Shown: piece after piece, positions 20,423 through 31,899 of the stretch
Layout: each line of letters opens with the position of its first letter
Numbering within the stretch: the stretch's first letter is position 1
DNA from: Chiloscyllium plagiosum
Lineage: Eukaryota
Assembly: GCF_004010195.1 (NCBI RefSeq)
Contig: NW_025214824.1
Location: forward strand, 1-34,538
Length of the DNA: 34,538 nucleotides
Reading direction: 5' to 3'
Made by a program: the position numbers and the translations under genes
The notes under the pieces: model-generated
Databases searched by the model: none
Told to the model about the DNA's origin: nothing
The model's input: the letters and a program-made list of their open reading frames with translations, nothing else

Positions 20423-21786
20423 GAGGGAGCTATCTTGAGGATCTCCTGTAGAGATGCCCCATGGCCGAGATGATAGATGCCCACCAATTGTGATCATCTT
20501 CCTTTGTGCCGTGAATGGCACCAAACAGTGGAGAGGTCACAATCTATTTTCATTTAGTGTGATTTTCCTCAGGCTCCTTGATCTCATCCTCAGTCAAATA
20601 CTGCCTTGAGTTCAGGGTCAGTCTCTCTTACCTGAACCCCTGTGTCCATCTTTTGTTCATATCAATAGGTCATGATGTAGAAGAAGAAAATGTTTTCTTC
20701 AAACAGAGGGTAGTGAATGTCAGGAATTCTCTTACATAGTGTTAGGGGAGCTAGATCACTGAAAGTGACCAGTGATGTTCTGCAGGGAGCGGTTCTGGGA
20801 CCCCTACTCTTTTTTATTTCTGTGAATGACTTGGATGGGGGTGTGGAATAGTGGGTTACCAGCTTGAGAAGCTGAATGACCTCTTCCTGTTCCTTTTTAA
20901 TGACACCGGGAGTGAAATTTTCTCTTACTGATCCTGTGTAAGTGTGTATGGGAGTGAGCAGATCCCTTATCTTCCTGTTTTATAGGCAGGAGGGACTGGA
21001 TGTGCTATCCGCCTTTTTGCTCAGTAGTTTTGGTGGGCTGAATGGCTTCCTCATATTCTTGTGAAACCAGAGTGAAGTGCTCAATGTCCTCCTCGTTTTA
21101 CTGTAGAAATGTACAGTGCTGTAACATGAATGTTACCCAGATTTTAACAGCACAATCTTGAATGTAGTCCAGGTCTAGTTGTACATGGACACAGACTGCT
21201 TCAAGAGCTGAAGAGGGACAACTTGTTTTAAACATTATGTAAACTTCAGTGAATATCCCCACTTCTGCTAAGTTTTGACTCAATGGGCTGAAAGGCCTCC
21301 TTCCAAACTGCAGGATTCCCCGCAGACAAACAGAAGATGCCTGGGCTGAGGGAGCTATCTTGAGGATCTCCTGTAGAGATGCCCCATGGCCGAGATGATA
21401 GATGCCGACCAATGGTAATCATCTTCCCTTGTGCCGTGAATGGCTCCAAACAGTGGCGAGGTCACAATCGATTCTCATTAAGTGTGATTTTCCTCAGGCT
21501 CCTTGATCTCATCCTCAGTCAAATACTGCCTTGAGTTCAGGATCAGTCTCTCTTACCTGAGCCCCTGTGTCCATCTTTTGTTCATATCAATAGGTCATGA
21601 TGTAGAAGCAGAAAATGTTTTCTTCAAACAAAGGGTAGTGAATGTCAGGAATTCTCTTACACAGAGTTAGGGGAGCTAGATCACTGAAAGTGACCAGTGA
21701 TGTTCTGCAGGGAGCGGCTCTGGAAACCCTACTCTTTTTTATTTCTATAAATGACTTGGATGGGGGTGTGGAATAGTGGGTTACCA
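20423..21786 (+). repeat. Dispersed 439-bp direct duplication (20423-20861 and 21348-21786) of a composite LINE segment
   Basis: Colinear at a constant 925-bp offset from GAGGGAGCTATCTTGAGG to GTGGGTTACCA. Confidence 0.95.
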
Positions 21787-22688
21787 CGTTTGCCAATGAC
21801 ACAAAGGTTGTTGGAGTGGTACAGAATGTGGAGGGATTTTGTAGGTTGCAACGGGACATTGACAGGATGCAGAACTGGGCTGAGAAGTGGCAGATGGAGT
21901 TCAAACTGGAAAAGTGTGAAGTGAATCCCTTTGCAAGCTCGAATGTGAATGCAGAATACATGGTTAAAGACAGGATTCTTGGCAGTGTGGAGGAACAGAG
22001 CGACCTCGAGGTCCGTGTCCACAGATCCCTCAAATATGCTCCCCAAGTTGATGATGTGGTTAAGAAGGCATATGGTGTGTTGGCTTTCATTAGCAGGTGG
22101 ATTGAGATTAAGAGCCGTGAGGTTAGGCTGAAGCACTATAGAGCCATGGATAGACCACATTTGGAATATTGTGTTCAGTTCTGGTCACCCCATTATAGGA
22201 AGGATGTGGAAGCTTTAGAGCGGAAATTTACCAAGATGCTGCCTGGACTGGAGGGCAAGTTTCATGAAGGAAGCTTGAGGGAGCAAGGGATTTCTCATTG
22301 GAAAGAAGAAAGATGACAGGTGACTTGATAGAGGTGTGCAAGATGATGAGAGACATAGACAGAGTGAATAACTAACGACTGTTTCCTAGGGCAGAAATAT
22401 CTATCACAAGGGGTCATAATTTTAAGGTAATTGGAGGAAGGTTTAAGGGAGATAACCGAGGTAGGTTGTTTAGACAGAGAGTGGTGGGTGTGTGGAATGT
22501 ACTGCCAACAGTGGAAGTATAGTCAATTACGTGAGGGAAACTGAAGAGATTCTTGGATAGGCATATGGAAGAATGTGAACGGAAGCATGTAGGATAGTCT
22601 GATCATAGAGTAGGATAAACGGGTGGTACAGCATCGAGATTCGAATGTCCTGTACTGTGCTCTACTGTTCTTTGTTCTGTGTTCTATG
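21688..22688 (+). mobile_element. 5'-truncated CR1 (RT C-terminal half and 3' UTR), relatively young
   Basis: TFANDTK, LQRDIDRMQNWAEKWQMEF and RPHLEYCVQFWSPHYRKDVEALER motifs. Tail TGTTCTTTGTTCTGTGTTCTATG. Confidence 0.93.
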
Positions 22689-22850
22689 GAAGTGCTCATA
22701 GAGGTTGGAGACAGATTTTGACGTATCAGAGAGGTGAGGGCTATGAAGCCATGATCTTAGTGAAAGGCAAGGCAGGCTTGGGAGGTGAACGACCTGCCTT
22801 TGTTTCTGATATTCTCACATTCTGTTATTGGAAAATTTGATTAGGTTAGA

Positions 22851-22887
22851 ATAGATTAGATTAGATTAGATTAGATTAGATTAGATT
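22851..22887. repeat. (TTAGA)n microsatellite, probably SINE/LINE tail-derived
   Basis: Read directly from the sequence. Confidence 0.9.
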
Positions 22888-24077
22888 ATTTACAGGAAAG
22901 TACCTGGAAGGTCTGTTATGGAATGTTGCAGTCAAGGAGCCCATAGGACTTTGTGAGCCATCTCTGGGTGAGGTATGGGGGCTGTATTCACAGTGAATCT
23001 GGGTCTACCAACAAATGAAGCACAAGTTGCAGAGAGGGGAAGCTCAGCAAAGAGAAATGAGGGACCGCTTTCATATCCAGCCTGGGTTTTCCAATTACAT
23101 TTTCCAAATCTCCCAAACCGAGTGTGACAGTCATGAGGGAGTGAATGTTCTCCTCTGTTTCTGTGCACCAGATGATAGCAGTAAGTGGCCTCCAACTGCT
23201 CAGATCCAGCAGGTTTGAGGGTCTGAATGGAACATAGAAACAAGGGACTGACGAGTAGGACTGGGTCCTGAGATACTTTGAGTCTTCTCCACCAGACACT
23301 AAGATTGTGGTTGGTCAGGTTTGGTTTCAGCCCCATTTTCTTGTCTGTATCCCATTAGCCATGACGCAGTCTCTGTGAAATCTTTAAATAACTCAGCTGT
23401 GAATACTTGCAATCAGAGAGGCACCACAAACTTCTGGGGAAGAGAATTCCCATTCAAAAGCCCTTTTAGCATTTTTTCCTCATCCCTGTGATAGAATAGG
23501 AGAGTCATAAAGCATGGAAACACATCCTTTTGTCCAAATTCTCCATGCCGATCAGGCATCCTAACCTAACCTAGTCCCAATGCCAGCATTTGGTCCATAT
23601 CCCTCTGAACCATTTCTATTTATATATCTATCCAGATATATGATAAATATGTAATTGTACCCGTCAGTGCAACCACCGGTTTCTGCAAACGTTTCCCCTC
23701 AGGTTCAGTCCAAATCTTTCCCTTTTCATCTTCAACCTATGCCGTCTAGTTCTGGAAGTCCCTACACTGGGAAAAAATATGTTGGCCATTGAGACTATTC
23801 ATGGCCCTCGGGATTTTATAAGCCTCTGTCATGTCACTATTGAGACTCCAACAGTCCAGGGGGAAAGGCCTCAACCTGTTCATCCTCTCCTGCAGCTCAA
23901 TTCCTCAGGTTCCACTAAATCCTTGTAATTTTTTTTTCTGCACTCTGTCAAGCTTAGCAACATCCATCCTTTAGCAGTGCCAACTGAATTGTACGCAGTA
24001 TTCTTAACGTGACCTCGACAAAGTCCTGTAGAAGCGTAATATGCTACCCCATCTCCTATACTCATGGGATTTTCACC

Positions 24078-24570
24078 AGAATGAAGGACCCGATACCCAG
24101 CATGAGCAAAACTAATGTAGTGTACAAAATCCCATGCAAGGATTGCACAAAACACTATATAGGACAAACAGGAAAACAGCTAACTATACGCATCCATGAA
24201 CATCAACTAGCCACGAAACGCCACAACCAACTTAATAGCCACACACGCAGACGACAAGCAACATGAATTCGACTGGGACAACACTACCATTATAGGGCAA
24301 GCCAAACAAAGAACAGCCAGGGAATTCCTAGAAGCATGGCACTCATCCACAAACTCCATCAACAAACACATCGACCTGGACCCAATATACCGGCCACTAC
24401 AGTGGACAGCTGAAACTGACAACCGGAAGCGGCAGGGACAGGCCACTATAAATGCCGGAGGAAACACCACAGAAGCGCTTCACAGGAGGCTCCCAAGCAC
24501 TGAGGATGTCACCTCGACAGGGGACGAAACGTTTGCAAAAAAAATTTCCAGCTCGGCGAACAGAACCACA
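24078..24570 (+). mobile_element. Penelope-like element 3' fragment: GIY-YIG endonuclease (one frameshift) and terminal region with hammerhead
   Basis: NVVYKIPCKDCTKHYIGQTGKQLTIRIHEH, then a frameshift to HADDKQHEFDWDNTTIIGQAKQRTAREFLEAWHS..SINKHIDL. Confidence 0.93.
24497..24536 (+). ncRNA. Minimal type I hammerhead ribozyme motif
   Basis: GCA-CTGAGGA-T-GTCACCT-CGAC-AGGGGAC-GAAAC-GTT-TGC. Helix I is GCA/TGC, helix II has one mismatch, and AAACGTTT is palindromic. Confidence 0.8.
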
Positions 24571-26254
24571 TCTCACAAATGTTTGCATTAAATTCTATCT
24601 GCCAGTCCTTGGCCCTTTGTTTGTCAAGGGTGCTGTTGTACTCTGAAATAATCATCACTGTCCACTGCCCCACTTTTGTTTTGATGTTACCTGTAAACGT
24701 ACTAACCATGCCTCCGATAATCACATACAAGTTGTTTAAATACATGATAAAAAAGCACTGAGCTCAGCACTGATTTTTCAGCGCACCCCGGCCCACAGGC
24801 CTACTGTCTGGAAAACAACGCATTACCTTCACTCCAATTTTGTATACAATTGGTTAGCCTTTCCTGAATTCAATATGACCTAACCTTAGTATTCTGTCTA
24901 CGATGAGGAATCTTATTAAATGCCTTGCAGAAGTCTGTGCAATGTATACCACAGTGCCTTCCTCAATCTTCTTCGTCACTTTTTCAAAATACCAATCACA
25001 TTAATGAGACATGATTTCCATCGTACAAAGCCATGTTGATTGTTCCTAATAAGTCCTCGTCTTTCGAAATGCATGTAAATCCTATCCCTCAGAATTCCCT
25101 CCAACAATCTCCTCTACACTGCCATTAGGCTGACTGAGTCGATAATTTCTTGTGCTTTTGGATCGCTGTTCCCTTTTTTAGTCCCACTCTTCCACTAGCC
25201 ACAAAAAAATATATAACTAGATTGGTGATATGGCCAATGATATAGTTCTCAGACTGTCTAAGGGTCAGTTTTAGGAACAAGTCAGACAGATTCCTTCAAT
25301 CTGTTAAAAGAACATGTGTATGACCAAAGCAAAGGTGCTCAACTGTGATGGAAAGAAGAATGACGAGTGGATATTGCAAACACGCACATAACACTACAAG
25401 TGCAGTCTCACCTACATTCCTGTATAACTGCAACATAACTTACCAACTTCTCTCCTCCGTGTCCTGACCGTTGACTGCCAGTGAGCCAAAGACCTTCTTC
25501 ACTGCCCATGTCGACCTGTGACGCCATTTTCAGAGAACGGTGGACCTGAACTTCATGGTCCCTCTGCTCAACGACACTGCTTAAGGCCTTACCATTCACC
25601 ATGAAACTCCTACATTGATCTAAGTTTGCGAAAAATATTCCTCAGCCCACTTCTCCAGTTGATCAACATCCTGCTGCAATTTCTGATAACCTTCCTCACT
25701 GTCCACAATACCACCTATTTTCGTGTCACCTTCAAATTTACTAATCATGCCTTGTACATTCTCAAGAATATCATTGAAATAGATAATAAACAACAATGGG
25801 TCCAGCACTGACCCCTGAGTCATTTCATGTGTCACAGGCCTCCAGTCCGAGAGCATCCTTCCACTATAACCCTCTGCTTACTACCATCAAGCCAATTACC
25901 TACCCAATTTGTCAGATCCATCCGGATTCCATGCGATTCTAAACTTCCAGACCAGCCTATCAAGAGTAATCTTGTCAAAGGCCTTACTGAAATCNNNNNN
26001 NNNNNNNNNNNNNNNNNNNNNNNNNNNNNNNNNNNNNNNNNNNNNNNNNNNNNNNNNNNNNNNNNNNNNNNNNNNNNNNNNNNNNNNNNNNNNNNNNNNN
26101 NNNNNNNNNNNNNNNNNNNNNNNNNNNNNNNNNNNNNNNNNNNNNNNNNNNNNNNNNNNNNNNNNNNNNNNNNNNNNNNNNNNNNNNNNNNNNNNNNNNN
26201 NNNNNNNNNNNNNNNNNNNNNNNNNNNNNNNNNNNNNNNNNNNNNNNNNNNNNN

Positions 26255-26351
26255 GAATCGACGTTTCGGGCATGAGCCCTTCTTCAGGAATCATCGAGGA
26301 AGGGCTTCAGGATGATTCCTGAAGAAGGGCTCATGCCCGAAACGTCGATTC
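26255..26351. ncRNA. Inverted pair of minimal hammerhead motifs (minus 26255-26295, plus 26311-26351) in a Penelope pseudo-LTR running to ~26400
   Basis: Perfect 41-bp inverted repeat with a 15-nt spacer. Each arm reads GATTC-CTGAAGA-A-GGGC-TCAT-GCCC-GAAAC-GTC-GATTC. Confidence 0.85.
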
Positions 26352-26432
26352 CCCTGCTCCTTGGATGCTGCGTGACCTGCAGCGCTTTTCCAGCAACACA
26401 GAATAGATTTTGTAACTGTGTCAAAAAAGCAA

Positions 26433-26740
26433 GGGTGGCATGGTGGCTCAGTTAGCACTGCTGCCTCATAGTGCCACGGATTTGGGTTTGATTTCAGCCT
26501 CGGGTCACTCTCTTTTGGAGTTTACACATTCTCCTTGTGTTTGCGTGGGTTTCCTCTGGGAGCTTCATTTTCCTTACACAATCCAAAGATGTGCAGGTCA
26601 GGTAAATTGTCGACAGCCTTATGTGCATTAGTTAGGGGTAAATATAGGATAGGGGCATGGGACCGGGTGGGTTGCTATTCAGAGGGTCGGTGTGGCCTTG
26701 TTGGGCTAAATGGCCTGTTTCCATACTGTAGGAAATTGAA
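26433..26740 (+). mobile_element. HE1/V-SINE
   Basis: GGGTGGCATGGTGGCTCAGTTAGCACTGCTGCCTCA head and GCGTGGGTTTCCTC core. Confidence 0.9.
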
Positions 26741-27924
26741 AAAAAAGCCATTTCTAATCAAACACTGTCTTTCCAAACGTGTGCATATCTTATCCCTCAG
26801 AATCTTCACAAGTAACCTACCTACTACAGATGTTAGGCTTCTCGGTCTATAGTTCCCAGATTTTTCTTTGCTTCCCTTCTTGAAAAATGGCACAACGTTT
26901 GCTACACTTCAATATTCTATAACTTAACCTGCGGCTAACGATGATGCAAAAATATCACGCAGGTCCCCGTAGTTTCTTCTGTAGCCACTTGCAGATTTTT
27001 GGATGCATCTGTTTAGGACCAGGAGATTTATCCACCTTCATACATTCTGATGCATCCAACACGTCCTCTCCTGTGATATTGACTAACCCCAAGATATCAC
27101 CACGACCTTTGTTAACCTCCCAAGTCTTCTTGTATTTCTCCACAGTAAAGAGAGAGGAGAAATATTCATTGAGAATCTCACACATCTCCTATGGTTCTCG
27201 ACATGCATGTCCACTTTGGACCTTGAGGGGTCATATTCTCATGTAGTTATTCATTTAACTTTAATATACTTAAAGAACCTCTTTGTATTCACCCTAATCT
27301 TCTCAGATAATGCTATCGTGTGCGCCCTTTTCGCCCTTCTGATTTGCTTCTTCGGTAAACTCCTGTATTCCCTGTACACCGCCAGGGATTCCCTTGATCC
27401 CAGCTGCATGGACCCCAGCCACACCTCCTTTTTGCCTGTCAAAGCCTCAATATCTCCTGACATCCAGGGTTCCCTCTTCCTGCCAACCTTGCCTTTTATC
27501 CTCACAGGAACATATAGACATTGAACTGTAGACATTTCACTTTTAAAGGTCTCCCACGAGCCGGAGGTCTCTTCACTTCTAAACAAACCCCTCCAACCAA
27601 CCCGTACAAGCTCCTATCTAATTCCATCAAAGTTCGCCTTCCCCCAATTTAGAACTTGAACATGCGGGCCAGTTTTGTCCTTCTCCATAAGTATTTTAAA
27701 TCTATGGTCACTGGTCCCAGCGTGCTCCCCCACTGTCACCTCAGTCAACTGTCTTGCTCTATTTCTTACAGTAGGTCAAGTTTTACCTCTTCCCGAATTG
27801 CACCCTCTACATGCTGCTTGAGGAAACGTTTCTGAACACACTTAATAGATACACCCCATCTCAGTCCTTAATTCTATGTAATTCAGTCAATGTTAGGAAA
27901 ATTAAAATCTACGACTATGGCAAT

Positions 27925-28100
27925 CCCATTGGCCCTGCAAGTCTACCCAATCTCTGTACATATTTTAATTATTCTAATTCCCGTTTACTATTAGGGGGCC
28001 TATAGTACAACCCATTGGTCCTGCAAGTCTCCCCAATCTCTGTACATATTTTAATTATTCTAATTCCCGTTTACTATTAGGGGGCCTATAGTACAACCCA
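27925..28100. repeat. 86-bp tandem duplication inside the CR1 endonuclease region
   Basis: 27925-28010 is repeated at 28011-28096 with two substitutions and CCCA microhomology at the junctions. Confidence 0.93.
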
Positions 28101-28423
28101 AATAATATCATCATTCCCTTTTTATTTCTTAGCTTCCCCCACAAATCCTCACTGGATGATCCATTAGTTATTTTATCTTTGATTACTGCTGTGGTACTCG
28201 CCTTAATCAAAAATGAAATCCCCACACCTCCTTCCACCAACTCTGTCTCGCATAATGCACCTTTACCTCGGTACATTAAGCTGCCAGTCCTGTCCCTCCC
28301 TTCGCCATGTTTTGTAATGTCTATAATATCCCAGTCCCACGTACCTCTCCACACACTGAGTTCATCGGCCTTACCTGACAGCCATCTTACATTGAGATAG
28401 ATGCAATTTAATGCAACAGGCAT

Positions 28424-28553
28424 ATTCCTGATGAAGGGCTTTTGCCCGAAACGTCGATTTTGCTGCTCGTCGGATGCTGCCTGAATTGCTGTGCTCTTCC
28501 AGCACCACTGATCCAGAATCTGGTTTCCAGCATCTGCAGTCATTGTTTTACCT
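28424..28553 (+). mobile_element. Solo Penelope pseudo-LTR with intact minimal hammerhead (28424-28459)
   Basis: ATTC-CTGATGA-A-GGGC-TTTT-GCCC-GAAAC-GTC-GATT, then GGATGCTGCCTGA..CCAGCATCTGCAGTC. Inserted at the CR1 ORF1/ORF2 boundary. Confidence 0.88.
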
Positions 28554-30141
28554 CATTCCTTGCTCCCTGTCGTGTTCCTGCCTAAGCTATCCCTGCACTT
28601 TATTGTTTGTGATTACGGTATCTCCTTCCAGCCTCGCACTTGCAACCCTGCTGTTGAGGATCCCATGCCGTCCCCCACGCCAGCCAATCTAGTTGAAACC
28701 CTCCCTTGTAGCATTAACAAACCTGCTAGCCAGGATATTAGTCCCCTTCCAATTCAGGTACAACCCGTCCTTCCTGAACAGGTCACCTCTGCCCCACCAA
28801 AGATCCGAGTGATCTAAAACTCTGAATCCCTACCTCCTGTACCAATTATTTAGCCACGCATTCCTCTGCCGTGTCCGCCTGTTCTTACCCTCACTAGCAC
28901 AAAACACTGGAAGTCAACCGGACATTACCACTGTCGTGGTCCTGTCTTTTACCCTTTTTCCTCGCTCTCTATAATCACTCTGCATGACCTCATCATTATT
29001 TCTACCTGTGTCATTTGTACCCATGTGCACAATGACTTCTGGCTGCTCCCCCACCCCGGTGAGAACGTTCTGCAGCCGCTCTGAGACATCCTGGACCCGG
29101 GAACGTAGGAATCTATACATCATCTTGGATTCCCATTTGCATCCACAGAATCTCTTGTCTGATCCCCTCACATATCGAGTCTGAATCATTACTTCTGAAG
29201 TTATCCGTCTCGCATAACCTTCTGACAATGGGATTTCTTCCTGAAACAGTTGGATTTGGCTGAATTGCTTTGCTTCAGGCAGTGGGGAGATTCCAATGAA
29301 TCATCATCAGGAAGCCTCCATGAGGGAAAAGACGACTAGGCTTTTTTTAGTCCCACACAGTGCTGTGTTGAGCGGCAGGGAAACAGAAAAGGAGCAACAG
29401 GCTGTTCCTTCACAGACAGGCTACATTTTCTATCTGTAAGTTAAATCAGTAAAGTTATCAGGTCCGAAACGGGACCATGTGAGCTCTCCTTGAATATTGT
29501 CTGAACTATATGACTCCATCACATTCTCGTCTCCAGGTCAGTGCATTATTGCTGTTGTCATACACCGAATCAATTCATTAACAATAAATGGCTCTACTTG
29601 TTTTGAAGATGTGTTAATATGCACCTGCATAATGTAAACATAAGCGTTTGATGACTTCACAATATCTGTGTTAAGATGAATAAGTTTTATTGTTAAACAA
29701 ATACAGAAATTGCTGGAAAAGCTCNNNNNNNNNNNNNNNNNNNNNNNNNAATCTTTGAAAAAATTCGAAAGCAATTTTGTTTTTATCAGTTAAGGCAATT
29801 ATAACGACACATAATACATCAGATGTGATCTCAGCAATGGCCTGGTCTGATGCAAAAATCATCACTAAGATCAAACACAACACCCCTTACACGAAACAGA
29901 ATCATTCCATTTACTTCCAAATCACCAGCTGCATCTTCACAGTAAGTTGATGTGGTTCATGTACTCAGACACACAGATCCCTCTGTACCACTCAGTTCTG
30001 CATTCTCCTTGCATTTAAATAATTTTCTGCTGTTTTGTCTTTTCCCCAAAACAGAAAATTCCCATCACAGAAATGTTGTACTTTTTTTTCTGCTGAAGAT
30101 TTGCTCAAAACTGTCCTCTGTCTGTATGTCATTGCTTGATT

Positions 30142-30686
30142 CTCTGCCCCTCCCCTGTCTGCATCCCATTGCAGACACTCTGCCCTCCCCCTGTCTGTAT
30201 CCAATTGCAGACGCTCAGCCCTCCCCCTGTCTGTATCCTATTGCAGAAGCTTTGCCCCTCCCCTGTTAGTATCCCATTGCATACGCTCTGTCCTCCCCTG
30301 TCTGTATCATATTGTAGACGGTCTGCCCTCCCCGTCTGTATTCCACTGTAGACGCTATGCCTTCCCTGTCTGATGCCATTGCAGACGCTCAGCCCTCCCC
30401 CTGTCTGTATCCCATTGCAGACGCTCTGCCCTCCCCCTGTCTGTATCATGTTGTAGGCTGTCTGCCCTCCCCCTATCTGTATCCCATTGCAGACGGTCTG
30501 CCCTCCCCCTGTGTGTATTCCACTGTAGACGCTATGCCTTCCCCGTATATATCCCATTGCAGATGCTCTGCCCTCCCCCTGTCTGTATTCCATTGCAGAT
30601 GCTCTTCCCTCCCCCGTCTGTATCCCATTGCAGATGCTCTTCTCTCCCCCTGTCTGTATCCCATTGCAGACGCTCTGCCCTCCCCC
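30142..30686. repeat. Minisatellite, ~36-bp unit x ~15, running into an N gap
   Basis: Consensus CTGCCCTCCCCCTGTCTGTATCCCATTGCAGACGCT. Confidence 0.97.
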
Positions 30687-31899
30687 NNNNNNNNNNNNNN
30701 NNNNNNNNNNNNNNNNNNNNNNNNNNNNNNNNNNNNNNNNNNNNNNNNNNNNNNNNNNNNNNNNNNNNNNNNNNNNNNNNNNNNNNNNNNNNNNNNNNNN
30801 NNNNNNNNNNNNNNNNNNNNNNNNNNNNNNNNNNNNNNNNNNNNNNNNNNNNNNNNNNNNNNNNNNNNNNNNNNNNNNNNNNNNNNNNNNNNNNNNNNNN
30901 NNNNNNNNNNNNNNNNNNNNNNNNNNNNNNNNNNNNNNNNNNNNNNNNNNNNNNNNNNNNNNNNNNNNNNNNNNNNNNNNNNNNNNNNNNNNNNNNNNNN
31001 NNNNNNNNNNNNNNNNNNNNNNNNNNNNNNNNNNNNNNNNNNNNNNNNNNNNNNNNNNNNNNNNNNNNNNNNNNNNNNNNNNNNNNNNNNNNNNNNNNNN
31101 NNNNNNNNNNNNNNNNNNNNNNNNNNNNNNNNNNNNNNNNNNNNNNNNNNNNNNNNNNNNNNNNNNTGCTGTATTATCACGATGCTGACTGGCTGAATGG
31201 GATCTTTCTCTCCCTCTGTAACAGCCTTGGGGGTGAATTGACAGAACAACGGATGAGGTAGGAGCAGCAATTGGTCATTCGTCCCCTCCAACTTGCTGCT
31301 CAGTTGAGAAACATCGTGGCTGGTCTGATTGTAACTGAATACCCCTTTCCTGTCAGTTCCCAATAAACATTGACCCTCCTGTCCATCAACGGTCAGTCAA
31401 GGTCAACCTTGAATGTCCTCAATGACCCAGACTTCACTGTTCCCAGGAGATGACAACGCCACAGAACGCATAATCCAAAGGAGAAAGGAGCAACGTTATC
31501 TCAAATGGAAATGGGAGACCCCTTTTATATTAAAGCGTGTTAACCTCACAGCAAGTCACCTACTCTTTTCAGAAACAAGGGCACAGCAAATGGGAGCAAA
31601 CATATACCATTCAGCCCCTCAAACGGTATCCCACAGTCCCATTGACTGTTCAGTCAAGTATTTATCAAACTTAGCTTTTACTGCACCCTTGGAAAATAAT
31701 CCTGACACCTTAAGGCCACACAGCATAAGAAATTGGATTTAGGCCATTTGGCCCATCAAGTCTACTTTGCTATTTGATTCTGTCGGGTGTGTTTCTCAAC
31801 ACAGCTTTCTCGCCTTCTCATTGTTTTAATCTAACCTTTGTCTTGAAGACATGGTTGCGTCGGTGTCATTGTATGTGTGTGTGATTGCGTGTGTGCTTC

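Larger units (their letters stand above)
23500..25150 (-). mobile_element. CR1 RT and 3' end on the minus strand, interrupted by a Penelope fragment
   Basis: Minus strand NQHGFVR, DFCKAFNKIPH, KQRAKDWQIEFN and KDLVEPEELSCRRG. The 3' UTR lies near 23500-23800. Confidence 0.85.
25410..29230 (-). mobile_element. Near full-length CR1 (ORF1 esterase, ORF2 endonuclease and RT), decayed, 3'-truncated here and interrupted by a SINE and Penelope termini
   Basis: ORF1 EQPEVIVHMGTND (SGNH-like). Endonuclease CIYLNVR..GLYYRPPNS. RT KVDKSPGP, GNYRPRSLTSVVG, DFSKAFDK, QGSVLDPLLF and SKFEGDTK. Confidence 0.92.

Noticed and set aside
29356..29391. Possible V(D)J recombination signal CACAGTG...ACAGAAAAG
   Set aside because: The spacer is 20 nt rather than 12 or 23, and there is no V, D or J segment next to it.
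29671..29950. Hydrophobic minus-strand ORF and a plus-strand CAGTAAGT donor-like site
   Set aside because: No convincing ATG or acceptor pairing and no recognisable domain.
30129..31363. Long ORFs with repetitive peptides (PSPCLYPIAD, QTGGGQSVCNG)
   Set aside because: They are by-products of a 36-bp minisatellite and an N gap.
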